Assembly (NCBI GenBank): GCA_964632945.1
Contig: CAZWCX010000007.1
Location: 30,088-94,087, forward strand
Reading direction: 5' to 3'
From: an uncultured Planctomycetia bacterium
GTDB lineage: Bacteria; Planctomycetota; MHYJ01; WSZJ01; CAZWCX01
Length of the DNA: 64,000 bases
Positions 29,805 through 39,353 of the stretch are shown one piece after another. A program made the position numbers and the translations under genes. The number at the start of each line of letters is the position of its first letter. Position 1 is the first letter of the stretch. Below the pieces are notes generated by a model. It saw only the letters and a list, made by a program, of their open reading frames with translations, was not told where the DNA came from and searched no databases.

Positions 29805-30782
29805 TCAGCGGGACGCGTCGACCGCCGCGCCCTCGCGCTCCGCCCGGGCGAGATCCCGGAGCAGCATGCGCGCCTCTTCCGCGGCCGGCAGCCCCGCGAA
29901 GTTTCGCGCCACTTCCTGGGCGCGCGCCTTGGCTTCCTTGCGGCTCTCCGTCCCGGCCAGCGCGCGCGCCGCGGCCAGCGCGATCATGCTCTCCTCGCCG
30001 AGTTCCGCGAGATGTCGTCGGGCCTTTTCCCGGTCGTTCCCCGCGATCAGGTCGGACTCCGCCAGTTTCTGGAAGCCCGCGATCGCCGCCGCCGTCTTGT
30101 TCTGCACCCGCAGCGCCTCCGCGTTCAGCAGCCGCTTCATTCCGTCGGCCACGGTCTTGGGCGTGATCCGGGGCGCCTGCGACGTGTAGGAGCGCCCGTC
30201 CAAGGGCACACCGGCCTTCTCTTTGACTTCGAAGAACCCGGCCGGGATCGATGTCATGTGGCTCTTGTCCCACACCACGAAGTGGAGATGTTTGAGGTCT
30301 CCCACCTTCGCGATCGTCTGACCCGCCTGGACGTGGTCCCCCCGCTTCACCAAGGCCGAGCCCGTCTGGATGTGGGAGTAGACGCTGAATTCGCCGTCCT
30401 CGTGCTGGACTTCGATGATGTTCTCCTTGTCCCCCACCGCGGTTCCGGAGTCGAACACGCGGTAGACCACCCCGTTGCGGCCGGCGCACACGAGATCTCC
30501 GGGATTCATGCCGAAGTCCCAGGCGTAGTAGTTGTGGGCGCTGATCAGATGGGTCTGCGCGCCGAAGTTCCCCTGGAAAACCGGAACGCTGACCCGGCCC
30601 GGCCAGGGGAGATGGTACTTGGCCGCTTCCGGCCACGCCCGATTGGACGCCAGATCGGCGCCCGCGCCGACAACCGGGGGAGCGGTCTTCCGACTGGTGT
30701 CCGCGTCTGCGCACGCGAGGACCATTCCTCCGGCGAAGAATGCCACCCCGACGCTGCGGAGATAGGGGTGAAACGAAAACAT
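29805..30782 (-). CDS. M23 (LytM-type) peptidase-domain lipoprotein.
   Basis: Lipobox-like signal (MVLAC). M23 motifs HNYYAWDF, VCAGRNGVV, EVQHEDGEFSVYSHI and GDLKHLHFVV. The ATG was verified at 30782. Confidence 0.8.
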   Translation of the reverse strand: MFSFHPYLRSVGVAFFAGGMVLACADADTSRKTAPPVVGAGADLASNRAWPEAAKYHLPWPGRVSVPVFQGNFGAQTHLISAHNYYAWDFGMNPGDLVCAGRNGVVYRVFDSGTAVGDKENIIEVQHEDGEFSVYSHIQTGSALVKRGDHVQAGQTIAKVGDLKHLHFVVWDKSHMTSIPAGFFEVKEKAGVPLDGRSYTSQAPRITPKTVADGMKRLLNAEALRVQNKTAAAIAGFQKLAESDLIAGNDREKARRHLAELGEESMIALAAARALAGTESRKEAKARAQEVARNFAGLPAAEEARMLLRDLARAEREGAAVDASR

Positions 30783-31056
30783 CCGGCACTCCTCCGCTCC
30801 GTGTTTCGACCCCGCGGGATTTCGCAGGGGGTTGCGAGAGGGACCATAGGCAATCCTTGTGCCTTCGCCGGTCGGGGACCGAGGAAGCGCCTCCAAAACG
30901 ATGTAACTTCTTTCCCTGAAGAGTCTTTCTCTTTCGAGGGGAAATGGCTGTGTTACGAAGGGTGACACTCCTCGGGGGGAATCCGGGCGGTCGAGTAAGA
31001 TCTCGTTTACGCCGAGCCGGAGCCTGTAAGTCGACCCTTACAGAAAAGGCAGGTCC

Positions 31057-31094
31057 GAAAACACCCGCCCCCCATTCGCGGGAATGGGGGGCGG
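31057..31094 (-). terminator. Rho-independent terminator for the minus-strand zinc-ribbon gene.
   Basis: A perfect 13-bp stem (ccgccccccattc / gaatggggggcgg), followed on the minus strand by GTGTTTTC. It lies about 25 nt downstream of the stop at 31118. Confidence 0.55.
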
Positions 31095-31117
31095 TCGGCG
31101 ACGGATGGGTGCCGCAG

Positions 31118-31885
31118 CTATTTCTTTTTAAACTTGTCGATCCGGCTGGAGCCGCGCGGCGGCTCCGGCTTCTTGGGGGCGGGGGCGGGCTTTTTTCCCG
31201 GGCCGGTCTTGGGCCGTTCCTGCAGATCTTCGAGAATCTCGAGGTCATCATCATCGCCGCCCGACTTCTTCTTCGGCTTGTCGTCGTCGAGATCGAAGTC
31301 GTCGTCGTCGCCGCCCTCGTCGAGGACCTCCACGTCATCCGCGAGGTCGTCCCCGAGATCGTCATCGCCTTCTCCGTCCTCGTCGAGCAGGTCGATGGCG
31401 TCATCGAGGTCCTTCGGCTCGTCATCGAGGACTTCCACGTCGTCTTCCTCGGCCGGCTTCTTCTTGGCCGGCGCCGCAGTCTTCTTGACCTTGATGGTGT
31501 CCTGGCCCGCGCGCTCGGCCTTCGCGGGCTTCTTCGCCGGGGGTTCCTTCCGATCCACGACCTCGTATTTGACGCCGGAGGGGACAGTCAGGCTGGTGTC
31601 GCACTTCGGGCAGCGGATGCGCGTGCCGGGGCCGAAGATCGCCACATTCAGCTTGTTCGAGCACTCGGGGCAGAAGACGATCCGACGGCCCTGCTTCTTC
31701 TCGATCTCCTGGATCTGTTCCGCGTCCAGGATGCCTTTCTTCAGCATGATGCGGTCGAGCGAGGTCACTTTCCCTTGCTTCTCGAGCTGGGCCTGCAGGC
31801 GCAGGGCCTCCTCGATTTTGTCCTTGGACGTGAAGTCCAATTCAACGGCCAGTTGGCCGAACTTGATGTCCCCCTTGCTCGGCAT
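31118..31885 (-). CDS. Protein with a GspE-N-like (T2SE_Nter) domain, a C4 zinc ribbon, and a ~140-aa poly-acidic/poly-basic disordered tail.
   Basis: N-terminus GQLAVELDFTSKDKIEEALRLQAQ...GILDAEQIQEI. Zinc ribbon CPECSNK...CPKCD. The tail is made of Asp/Glu runs such as DDVEVLDDEPKDLDD and EGDDDLGDDLADD. The gene is locally lower in GC. Confidence 0.7.
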   Translation of the reverse strand: MPSKGDIKFGQLAVELDFTSKDKIEEALRLQAQLEKQGKVTSLDRIMLKKGILDAEQIQEIEKKQGRRIVFCPECSNKLNVAIFGPGTRIRCPKCDTSLTVPSGVKYEVVDRKEPPAKKPAKAERAGQDTIKVKKTAAPAKKKPAEEDDVEVLDDEPKDLDDAIDLLDEDGEGDDDLGDDLADDVEVLDEGGDDDDFDLDDDKPKKKSGGDDDDLEILEDLQERPKTGPGKKPAPAPKKPEPPRGSSRIDKFKKK

Positions 31886-31908
31886 CGATCCTTACCTCCA
31901 CACTTCCC

Positions 31909-32337
31909 CTAGCGGTCGTGGTACTGCAATAAGTCGACGAACCCAGGCCGTGGCGGCGCAGGCTTCGGTGCGCGCGACTCCTCGGTCACAAAGTAGAACC
32001 CGCACGGGTGATCCGGCATGACCAAGTCCCGGTCGCGCAGGTCGCGCTCATCGATCGGAAACAGGCTGCAGACTTCGGGGCGGACGGGATACACGCCGCA
32101 CGCGCCGACGAATCCGTCCTTCTTGAGGAAGGCGCAATGATACATCAGGCGGCAGCAGGCCCCGGAACGGTTGCAATGGCCGCGACGCCGCGCCAGACTT
32201 CTTCGGACGTAGCCGGGTCGGAACAGGATGAGGTACTGCCGGCGCAGTTTTCCCCAGCCAAGTTGTATCCGGGCCCGGATTTTACGCGCGAGGCTCGGTT
32301 TCCCGAACCGCGGCGATGTGGCGTCCAAGGAGGGCAC
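31909..32337 (-). CDS. YkgJ-family Fe-S/zinc-chelating protein (the CxxCxxCC domain).
   Basis: CNRSGACCRL, plus the downstream cysteines of the YkgJ/UPF0153 pattern. Confidence 0.75.
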   Translation of the reverse strand: MPSLDATSPRFGKPSLARKIRARIQLGWGKLRRQYLILFRPGYVRRSLARRRGHCNRSGACCRLMYHCAFLKKDGFVGACGVYPVRPEVCSLFPIDERDLRDRDLVMPDHPCGFYFVTEESRAPKPAPPRPGFVDLLQYHDR

Positions 32338-32647
32338 CTTCCTATGACCCGATACCGATCGGATGGGCCGGAACCGCTGTCGAATCCTACTGTCGGTTCC
32401 GAAGGAGTGTCAAGAGGAAATGTGGCTTCAAACTTTGCCGCCGGGCATTGAAGGATTTGTTCAATCCGGCCTGTAAGCCGGTTGCGAGCGAATCCTGAAA
32501 TGATTGCTACATATAGTGTTACGTCATTGCTGGGAATTCCGTGGGCACGGAATGGCGCTTGCTTATCCCCCTCTTCGGTGCGGCCAACCCCGGCTCGCAG
32601 GGGGTGCACCGGAGGCCCGCACGAAAGGCATCGGGAGGCACGCAACC

Positions 32648-34168
32648 ATGAGTCATCTGCACGGCAAGCCTGGGGATCGAATCGCGGAGTACGTTCTGCT
32701 CGACAAGATCGGCGTCGGTCCGATGGGTGAGGTGTGGAAGGCCCGGTTGGCGGAGAAGCCGTTCACGGTGGTGGCGCTGAAAATTGCCGCGGACCCTGAG
32801 CGCTTCCGCGACGCGCGGTCGATGGGGACCCAGCCGTTGGGGTTGGACCATCCCGCGGTCGTGCGGACGCTGGGATTGAACATCGCGCATGACCCGCCCT
32901 ACGTGGTCATGGAGTACGTCGAAGGCCGGAGCCTGCGTCAGGTGCTGGAGAAAGGCCGGCGACTGACCCCCGGGGATGCGCTCGAAACGGCGATCCAGGT
33001 TCTCGAGGTTCTCGGCTGCGCGCACGAGCAGGGAGTGATCCACGGCAACCTCAAGCCGGAGAATCTGCTCATCGAGACGCCGCCCGGGGCGGCGGCCGGG
33101 TCGTTCCGGGTACGCGTGACCGACTTCGGACCTGGCATGGTGGCGCGAACGGGGGCGCTCCCCGCGACCGGGGACCTTTCGTACCTCTCGCCCGAGAACC
33201 GCCAGGGCGAGATGTTCGGCGTGCGATCCGACCTCTACGCGGTCGGCGCGATGCTGTTTGAGATGCTGACGGGACGGACGCCGGCGGGGGAGGAATCCCC
33301 GAGCGAGGCCGCGGAAGGCGTACCGGCGCTGCTGGATGGCGTCGTGCGCAAGGCTCTGCATGCCCGCCCCGAGGGGCGTTATGCGACCGCCCGGCAGATG
33401 CGGGAGGACGTGCTGGCGTGTCTCCGGGCGGTGCGCTCGGAGGAAGCCCGAGCGGACAAGCACGCGGCGGGAGCCTCCGGCTCCGGCAAGGCCGAAGACT
33501 CCGGTCCCCGGTTCCGCGAGCAGGTCCGTCGGGTCGTCGACGACGTCAAGGGCCGTCAGTCGGTGGACGTGGGACGCGCGTTCAATGACGCGATCGCGAT
33601 GTTGTCGCGCAGCGCCGGGACACTCCTGCTGGCGGGATTGATCTCCGGGTTGCTGTCGTTGGCTACCGCCTTCATCCTGGCGGGTCCGCTCACCGCAGGT
33701 CTCTACGCCATGGTCCTTCGCGTGCTGCGCGGCGGGACCGTCGAGGTCGGCGATGTGTTCGGCTCGTTCGACCGGTTCTGGAGCAAGATGTTCGCGTTCT
33801 ACGTGATCCTGTTCGGCATCCTTGTCGGCTTCGTGCACCTCGTCCTGCCCGGCATCGTGATTGCCGGTCTGACCATGTATGTGTTCCCGATCCTGGCCGA
33901 GCGGAAGGTCGGCTTCGGCCAGGCGTTTTCCGAGAGTGCCGGCCTGGTGTGGAAGCACGGTTTGCTGGTGCACTCGGCGCTCGTCCTCGTGGTCATCCTG
34001 ATGGACGTCTCGGCCGGGTGGGTCTTTCCGGGCGGGTTGCTGGCGAGTTGGTTGCTGAGCCCCTTCCTGTACGGGCTGATCGGGTCGGCCTACCTGCAGG
34101 TGCAGGAGCGGGAGAGCGCGGCGCCGGAGCCGAACGTTCCGGTTGCGGCCGTGCCCGCGACCGCGTAG
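32648..34168 (+). CDS. Predicted pseudokinase (Hanks-type kinase fold with a degenerate catalytic loop) fused to a C-terminal polytopic membrane domain.
   Basis: GVGPMGEVWKA, VVALKIA and DFG are present. The catalytic loop reads HGNLKPENLL instead of HRDLKPEN. The C-terminal ~200 aa form five to six hydrophobic helices. The ATG was verified at 32648. Confidence 0.75.
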   Translation: MSHLHGKPGDRIAEYVLLDKIGVGPMGEVWKARLAEKPFTVVALKIAADPERFRDARSMGTQPLGLDHPAVVRTLGLNIAHDPPYVVMEYVEGRSLRQVLEKGRRLTPGDALETAIQVLEVLGCAHEQGVIHGNLKPENLLIETPPGAAAGSFRVRVTDFGPGMVARTGALPATGDLSYLSPENRQGEMFGVRSDLYAVGAMLFEMLTGRTPAGEESPSEAAEGVPALLDGVVRKALHARPEGRYATARQMREDVLACLRAVRSEEARADKHAAGASGSGKAEDSGPRFREQVRRVVDDVKGRQSVDVGRAFNDAIAMLSRSAGTLLLAGLISGLLSLATAFILAGPLTAGLYAMVLRVLRGGTVEVGDVFGSFDRFWSKMFAFYVILFGILVGFVHLVLPGIVIAGLTMYVFPILAERKVGFGQAFSESAGLVWKHGLLVHSALVLVVILMDVSAGWVFPGGLLASWLLSPFLYGLIGSAYLQVQERESAAPEPNVPVAAVPATA

Positions 34169-34407
34169 GATCGGCATGGACCTGTGTCTGCGGATCGTCG
34201 GATGCGCGCATCCGACGATCCGTCGTCTTTCCGGGGCGGGACGATACGGGACGGGTGGGGGGCGAGCCGGGGGCGGGCGGGGGTGCCGGCGGTCCTCGGC
34301 CTGCAGGGAGGGTCGGCGGCCCGGCTGCATTTCGACCATGACGGCGTGGTCCGCTTCGGCGCGCCGGTGTGCTTGGCGTGGGCCCCCTGCCGCTCTATAC
34401 TCTGGGC

Positions 34408-35661
34408 ATGTTTACCGCTGCCCCTCCCCTCGAGCGACGCCTCCTTCTCGTCTGCCTGGTGGTCGCGGCCGTCGCCCGTCTCGGATTCGCCTTCGCGGGG
34501 CGGGAGTACGTGGAGCGGACGTCGCGGGAAACCCTTCGCGACACCGTCGGCTACAACGACCTCGCGCGTCATGCTCTCGAGCACGGCGCGTTCGCCAAGC
34601 TCCCGCCGCAGACGTTCCCCCGGCCGCCGTTGTATCCGCTATTTCTCGCCGGCGTTCGCGCCACGCTGGGGGACGGCTACGCCGCCACCCGGATCGCGCA
34701 GACCCTCCTGCAGTTGCTGACGCTGCTGCTCCTCTATCGCCTGGCGCGGGCCTGGTTCGGCCCCACGGTCGGCCTGCTCGCTTCGTACCTGTTCGCGCTC
34801 AATCCGTTCTTCGTCTTCTATACCGCCTTCGAGTTGTCCGAGACGCTGGCCGTGTTCCTGGTCGTTCTCATCGCCTCCCTGGTCCAGCACGGGTCGGCGA
34901 CGCTGCACCCCGCCTGGGCCGCGGCGCTGGGCTTCGCGCTGGCGGCCGCAACCTTGTGCCGTCCCCCGCTGGGTCAGGCCGGTCTGCTGCTGCTCGCCGG
35001 GACCGGCCTGGCGCGTCGCGCGGATCGCGCCTTCTGGGTCGCCGCGGGATCGGCGTGCCTTTCCTTCCTGGTCGCGGTGGCTCCGTGGATCTGCTTCCAC
35101 GCGCAGGCCTACGGCCGTCCCGTGATCGTCTACATGGGACTGGGACGCAGCCTGTACGAGGCGAACAACCCGACGAGCGTGACCGGCACGGGGATCATCG
35201 GCGTCGACTTTCAGCTCGATCCGGCGATCGAGGCGCTGCCGTTCGAGGAGCGCGACCGCATCTACCTGGATCGCGCCCTCGCGCACATCCGGGAGGAGCC
35301 GGGATTGTACGTCGGTCGCTGCCTGTGGCGTTTCTATCGGCTGTGGCAGCCGGTTCCCTACGCGCCGGAATTCGCGGATTCCGGCAAGATTCTCGTAGTG
35401 TTGCTGGGCGAAGGGATCTTCCTGCCGTTCTTCGTCGCCGGTCTGTGGCTGACCCGGCAGCGGTGGCGGGACCTGCTCTGGCCCTACGCGCTCGGGATCA
35501 CGCTCACCGCCGCCCACACGCTGATCGTGAGCGGCATGCGCTACCGCGTTCCGGTGATGCCGTTCGCGCTCATCCTGGCGGCGTTCGCCCTGACGACGCT
35601 GATCGCCCGGTGGAACCGGCTGCGCGCGGCGGATTCCGACCGGGGCGGGTCGGCGCGTTGA
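34408..35661 (+). CDS. GT39-like membrane glycosyltransferase (ArnT/PMT_2 family).
   Basis: A polytopic N-terminal half with a PMT_2-like arrangement (YNDLARHALEHGAF...PPLYPLFLAG). The ATG was verified at 34408. Confidence 0.65.
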   Translation: MFTAAPPLERRLLLVCLVVAAVARLGFAFAGREYVERTSRETLRDTVGYNDLARHALEHGAFAKLPPQTFPRPPLYPLFLAGVRATLGDGYAATRIAQTLLQLLTLLLLYRLARAWFGPTVGLLASYLFALNPFFVFYTAFELSETLAVFLVVLIASLVQHGSATLHPAWAAALGFALAAATLCRPPLGQAGLLLLAGTGLARRADRAFWVAAGSACLSFLVAVAPWICFHAQAYGRPVIVYMGLGRSLYEANNPTSVTGTGIIGVDFQLDPAIEALPFEERDRIYLDRALAHIREEPGLYVGRCLWRFYRLWQPVPYAPEFADSGKILVVLLGEGIFLPFFVAGLWLTRQRWRDLLWPYALGITLTAAHTLIVSGMRYRVPVMPFALILAAFALTTLIARWNRLRAADSDRGGSAR

Positions 35662-35806
35662 CGGGGGGCGGACCGGACCGATAGAGTAAAGGGAACGGAC
35701 GGCCTGGCCCGGGCCGAGGAGCGTGGACCGGAGCGGGCGGGCCACCCCTGGACCCGGCGGAGGCGGTGCGCAGGGTGTTCGCACCCTCGGCGCGCGCGTT
35801 CCTCTC

Positions 35807-38800
35807 ATGACGGAACCTCGCAATCCGGATACGTCGGCCGGATCCGCGCCGACCCCGCGTCCGGATGCCACCCTGCCCCTTCCGATGGCGGGTGAGGCGT
35901 CCGGGGGCGCGGGGGCGACGGAGCCTCGCGGGCCGCATCTCGCTCCGGAACGCGCCGACTCGGTCGGCTTCAACCTCGAGGACGAATTCCGCGGGCTCCC
36001 GCGTCACTTCGGTCGCTTCCAGATCCTCGAGGAACTCGGTCGGGGCGGGATGGGGGTCGTTTACCTGGCCTATCATCCCGAACTCCGCGTCCACTTCGCG
36101 GTCAAGGTGCTGCTCGCCGGAGACCAGCCGCCCGCCGAACTGCTGTCCCGATTCGAACGCGAGGCGCGCGCGCTCGCCCGCATCCGGCATCCCGGCTTCG
36201 TCGCCGTCCACGACCTCGGCGTTGCGGACGGAAGGGCGTTCATCGCCATGGAGTATGTCGAGGGGGTGTCGCTGGAAAGGCTGCTCGAGGATCCGGTCGG
36301 CCACGGCGTCGCCGAGGCCGGACCGGGATCGGCGCCTGCGCCGGTCGGCGGTTCCCCCGCGGGTCCGATCCGGGTTCGCTCCCGCCGCGGCGCGCGCGGC
36401 ATCGCTCCGCGCGAGGCGGCGGGAATGATTGCGGAGGTCGCAGAGTCCCTGCAGGCGGCGCATGAAGCCGGCATTCTTCATCGCGACCTGAAGCCCGCCA
36501 ACATCCTTCGTGATCGCGCCGGTCGCCTGAAGATCATGGACTTCGGGATCGCGAAGATGACGGGCGCCGGGACGCTGCAGACCCAGGCCGGAGCGGTCAT
36601 GGGAACCCCTTCGTACATGAGTCCCGAGCAGGCGTCCGGCGATGTGGATCGCATGGATGAGCGCAGCGACGTGTATCAGCTCGGAGCGGTGCTCTACGAG
36701 ATGTTGACCGGCACCGTGCCGCACGACGGGCCGAGCCCGATGGCCATCGCCATGTCGGTCCTGAAGAGCGAGCCGGCGCGTGTGCGGGTTCGGTCACCGT
36801 GGGTGCCGGTCGGCTTGGCGGCCATCGTCGAGAAGGCAATGGAGCGCGAATCCCGTCAGCGGTACAGCACCGCGCAGTCGCTGGCGCTCGACCTCCGCCG
36901 ATGGCTGGCCGGAGAGCCGACCGAAGCGCGTCCGCCGTCCTGGTGGAAGCGGCCGGTGCGCTGGCTGCATCGCCATCGGGGGCCCGCCGCGCTCGGCGGT
37001 GTCGCGCTGGTCTGTCTGATCGCGGCCGTCCTTGCCGTGGTGCGGTGGCGCGGCGCCGAGGCGCGCAGATGGAGCGACCTGGCGGACAGGGCCGCTCTCT
37101 ATCGCAAGGCGGCCATCGACCTGCGTCGCGAGGGCCTTTCGCTCGAGCGCAAGGGCCGCGACTACCTGGCGCTGCTCGGCGCCGCGGTCACCGAGGCGGA
37201 AGCGGCGGATCCGTCGCGGCCGGAGCCCCGCTGGCACCTCGGGCGCCTGCAGCGCGCGCTGATGGACTTCCGCGCGGCGCGCGCCGCGCAGGAGGAGGCC
37301 CTGCGTCGCGATCCGGAGTTCGCACCCGCGCGGTACGAACACGCGGTCCTGCTCGCCGCGGAGTACCGGGCGCGGATCGATCGCCTGCGGGATGCCTGGT
37401 GGGCGTCGGCAGGCGCGCAGCGGCCGTCCGGCCCGGATCCGGACCGCGAAGGGGGAAGCGCGATCGCTGCGGGGCCGCCTCCCTCGGCCGACCTGGCCGC
37501 GGCGGATCCGGTCGCCGGCGCACTTCGCCGGGCCTTGCGGGAGGACCTCAAGCGGCTCGAGGCGGCAACCGGCCGGTCCGGGGACGACGAAGGGGTGATC
37601 ACTTCCGCCATGCGGCGCTGTGCGCGCGGGCTCTACCTGTCCGGGGAGGCGTCCGGACCGGAGGGATGGGCGGCGTCGGCCGAAGAGCTCGAAGCCGCCC
37701 TGGCGGCGGACCCGGGACTGGAGGAGGCCGTCGAGGCCCTGGCCGCGCTGCGGCGCGACGAAGGGAAGCCCGCCGCCGCCGTGGCGGTGTACACGCGCGG
37801 CATCGAAGCCGATCGCGGCTACGCTCCCTTCCGCTCCGGCCGTGCCGGGATGTGGACCGAGGAAGGGATGCAACGGTTCGGTCGCGGCGAGGACCCGGGC
37901 GCTGCCTTCACCGCTGCGCTGGAGGACTTCGCCCAGGCACTCGAAACCGCGCCCGACGTGCCGGCGACCTGGGTCGGACGGGGCATGACGCGGCTCAACC
38001 GCGGCGTGTGGATCGTCCTGGCGGGCGGGGATCCGACGTCCGAATACGAGGCGGCGGTCGCGGACTTCGGTCAAGCTCTCGCCCGGGCGCCGGACCTCGT
38101 CGATGCGCTCAGCTGGCGCGGGAGTACGCGGTCCAATCTCGCTCGCCATCGCGAGGAGCGGGGGGTCGATCCCGGGGATGCCGTGCGGCTGGCCCGGGAG
38201 GACTTCGATCGCGCGCTGGAACTCGATCCTCGCGCATCCGGGGCGCTGCGCGGCCGGGCCAATCTGCTCAACAACATCGGCCTGGCGAAGCGGCGTCGGG
38301 GCGAAGATCCCACTCCGGACTACCAGGCGGCGATCGCGGACTACGGGCGCGCGCTGGCGCTGGATCCGCGCTCCGAGGAGGCCTGGGTTCGGCGGGGGTT
38401 GGCGCGCGTCAACCTGGGCGTGTACGTGGTCGGGCGCGGCGGGGATCCCCTGGCGTGGTACGACGAGGCGATCGCCGACTTCGGACAGGCGATCGAGCGC
38501 TTCCCGCGCGAGGCGGAGGGCTACCTGCGACGCGGGACGGCACGCTGCAACCGGGCGATCTACCGCGCCTCGCGGGGCGCGGACGCCCGGCCCGACTATG
38601 CCGCGGCCCTGTCGGATCTCGATGCCGCGGTGGAGCGCAATCCGCGCTGGGACGAGGCGTGGCGGACGCGCGGCATCCTTCGGGCCCGGCATGCGGTCGA
38701 CGCGCGACAGCAGGGGGAGGACCCGACCCCGCTGTACGAGGCGGCCATGGCCGACTTTGGTGAGGCCATCCGCGTGAATCCGGCGCAGGAGGAGAACTGG

Positions 38801-39250
38801 ACGGAACGCGGCCAGACGCGCCTGAACTGGGCCATCGGCAAGTTGGCCGCCTTCCAGTTGCCGGCAGGGCTGCTCGAGGCGGCCGAGGCCGATTTCACGG
38901 CGGCGCTCGAGCGCAATCCCGCGCGGGACATGGCCTGGCAGGGACGCGGGCACGCGCGGCGCCTCGCGGCGATGCTCGGCGCCATGCGCGGGAAAGATCC
39001 GGCGGCCGGACTCGCGGCGGCGCTCGACGATCTGGACCGGGCGGTGCGGGCAAACCCGGGAAACGCGGTCTCATTCGCCCGACGGGGGTCGTTGCACGTG
39101 GTGCTGGGCAACGACGAGAAGGCGCTTTCCGACTTCGCCTCCGCCGCGGCCCTCGATCCGGCGAGCACCGCGTCGTACGCCATGGAGATCCAGATGGCTC
39201 GCGCGCGCCTGACGCAGCGGAAGCCGGAAGAGGACCTCGGGGAAGATTGA
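35807..39250 (+). CDS. Ser/Thr protein kinase with a single transmembrane segment and an extensive C-terminal TPR array.
   Basis: GRGGMGVVY, AVKVL, HRDLKPANIL, DFGIAK and SPEQ are present. One hydrophobic helix (ALGGVALVCLIAAVLAVV) separates the kinase from the TPR array. The ATG was verified at 35807. Confidence 0.9.
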   Translation: MTEPRNPDTSAGSAPTPRPDATLPLPMAGEASGGAGATEPRGPHLAPERADSVGFNLEDEFRGLPRHFGRFQILEELGRGGMGVVYLAYHPELRVHFAVKVLLAGDQPPAELLSRFEREARALARIRHPGFVAVHDLGVADGRAFIAMEYVEGVSLERLLEDPVGHGVAEAGPGSAPAPVGGSPAGPIRVRSRRGARGIAPREAAGMIAEVAESLQAAHEAGILHRDLKPANILRDRAGRLKIMDFGIAKMTGAGTLQTQAGAVMGTPSYMSPEQASGDVDRMDERSDVYQLGAVLYEMLTGTVPHDGPSPMAIAMSVLKSEPARVRVRSPWVPVGLAAIVEKAMERESRQRYSTAQSLALDLRRWLAGEPTEARPPSWWKRPVRWLHRHRGPAALGGVALVCLIAAVLAVVRWRGAEARRWSDLADRAALYRKAAIDLRREGLSLERKGRDYLALLGAAVTEAEAADPSRPEPRWHLGRLQRALMDFRAARAAQEEALRRDPEFAPARYEHAVLLAAEYRARIDRLRDAWWASAGAQRPSGPDPDREGGSAIAAGPPPSADLAAADPVAGALRRALREDLKRLEAATGRSGDDEGVITSAMRRCARGLYLSGEASGPEGWAASAEELEAALAADPGLEEAVEALAALRRDEGKPAAAVAVYTRGIEADRGYAPFRSGRAGMWTEEGMQRFGRGEDPGAAFTAALEDFAQALETAPDVPATWVGRGMTRLNRGVWIVLAGGDPTSEYEAAVADFGQALARAPDLVDALSWRGSTRSNLARHREERGVDPGDAVRLAREDFDRALELDPRASGALRGRANLLNNIGLAKRRRGEDPTPDYQAAIADYGRALALDPRSEEAWVRRGLARVNLGVYVVGRGGDPLAWYDEAIADFGQAIERFPREAEGYLRRGTARCNRAIYRASRGADARPDYAAALSDLDAAVERNPRWDEAWRTRGILRARHAVDARQQGEDPTPLYEAAMADFGEAIRVNPAQEENWTERGQTRLNWAIGKLAAFQLPAGLLEAAEADFTAALERNPARDMAWQGRGHARRLAAMLGAMRGKDPAAGLAAALDDLDRAVRANPGNAVSFARRGSLHVVLGNDEKALSDFASAAALDPASTASYAMEIQMARARLTQRKPEEDLGED

Positions 39251-39353
39251 TCGCCGGCCGTGTTCCGCGGCCCGCGCGGGCCGATCTTCCGGTCGCGGGC
39301 GGCGGGGTGGGGCGTCCCGTCCCGCGGACGGCGTGGGCGTGACCGTTGCCGGG

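Noticed and set aside
31118-31885. Low-GC gene as a possible horizontally acquired island.
   Set aside because: The GC drop coincides with Lys/Asp/Glu-rich disordered tail codons (AAG/AAA/GAT/GAC runs). There are no flanking repeats, integrase or tRNA, so composition alone explains it.
32552-32575. Sigma-54-like element (TGGGCACG ... TTGC) in the YkgJ/pseudokinase divergent region.
   Set aside because: The spacing between the GG and GC elements does not fit the fixed -24/-12 geometry (an extra base in the -24 box and a 9-nt spacer instead of 4). It is probably a chance match.
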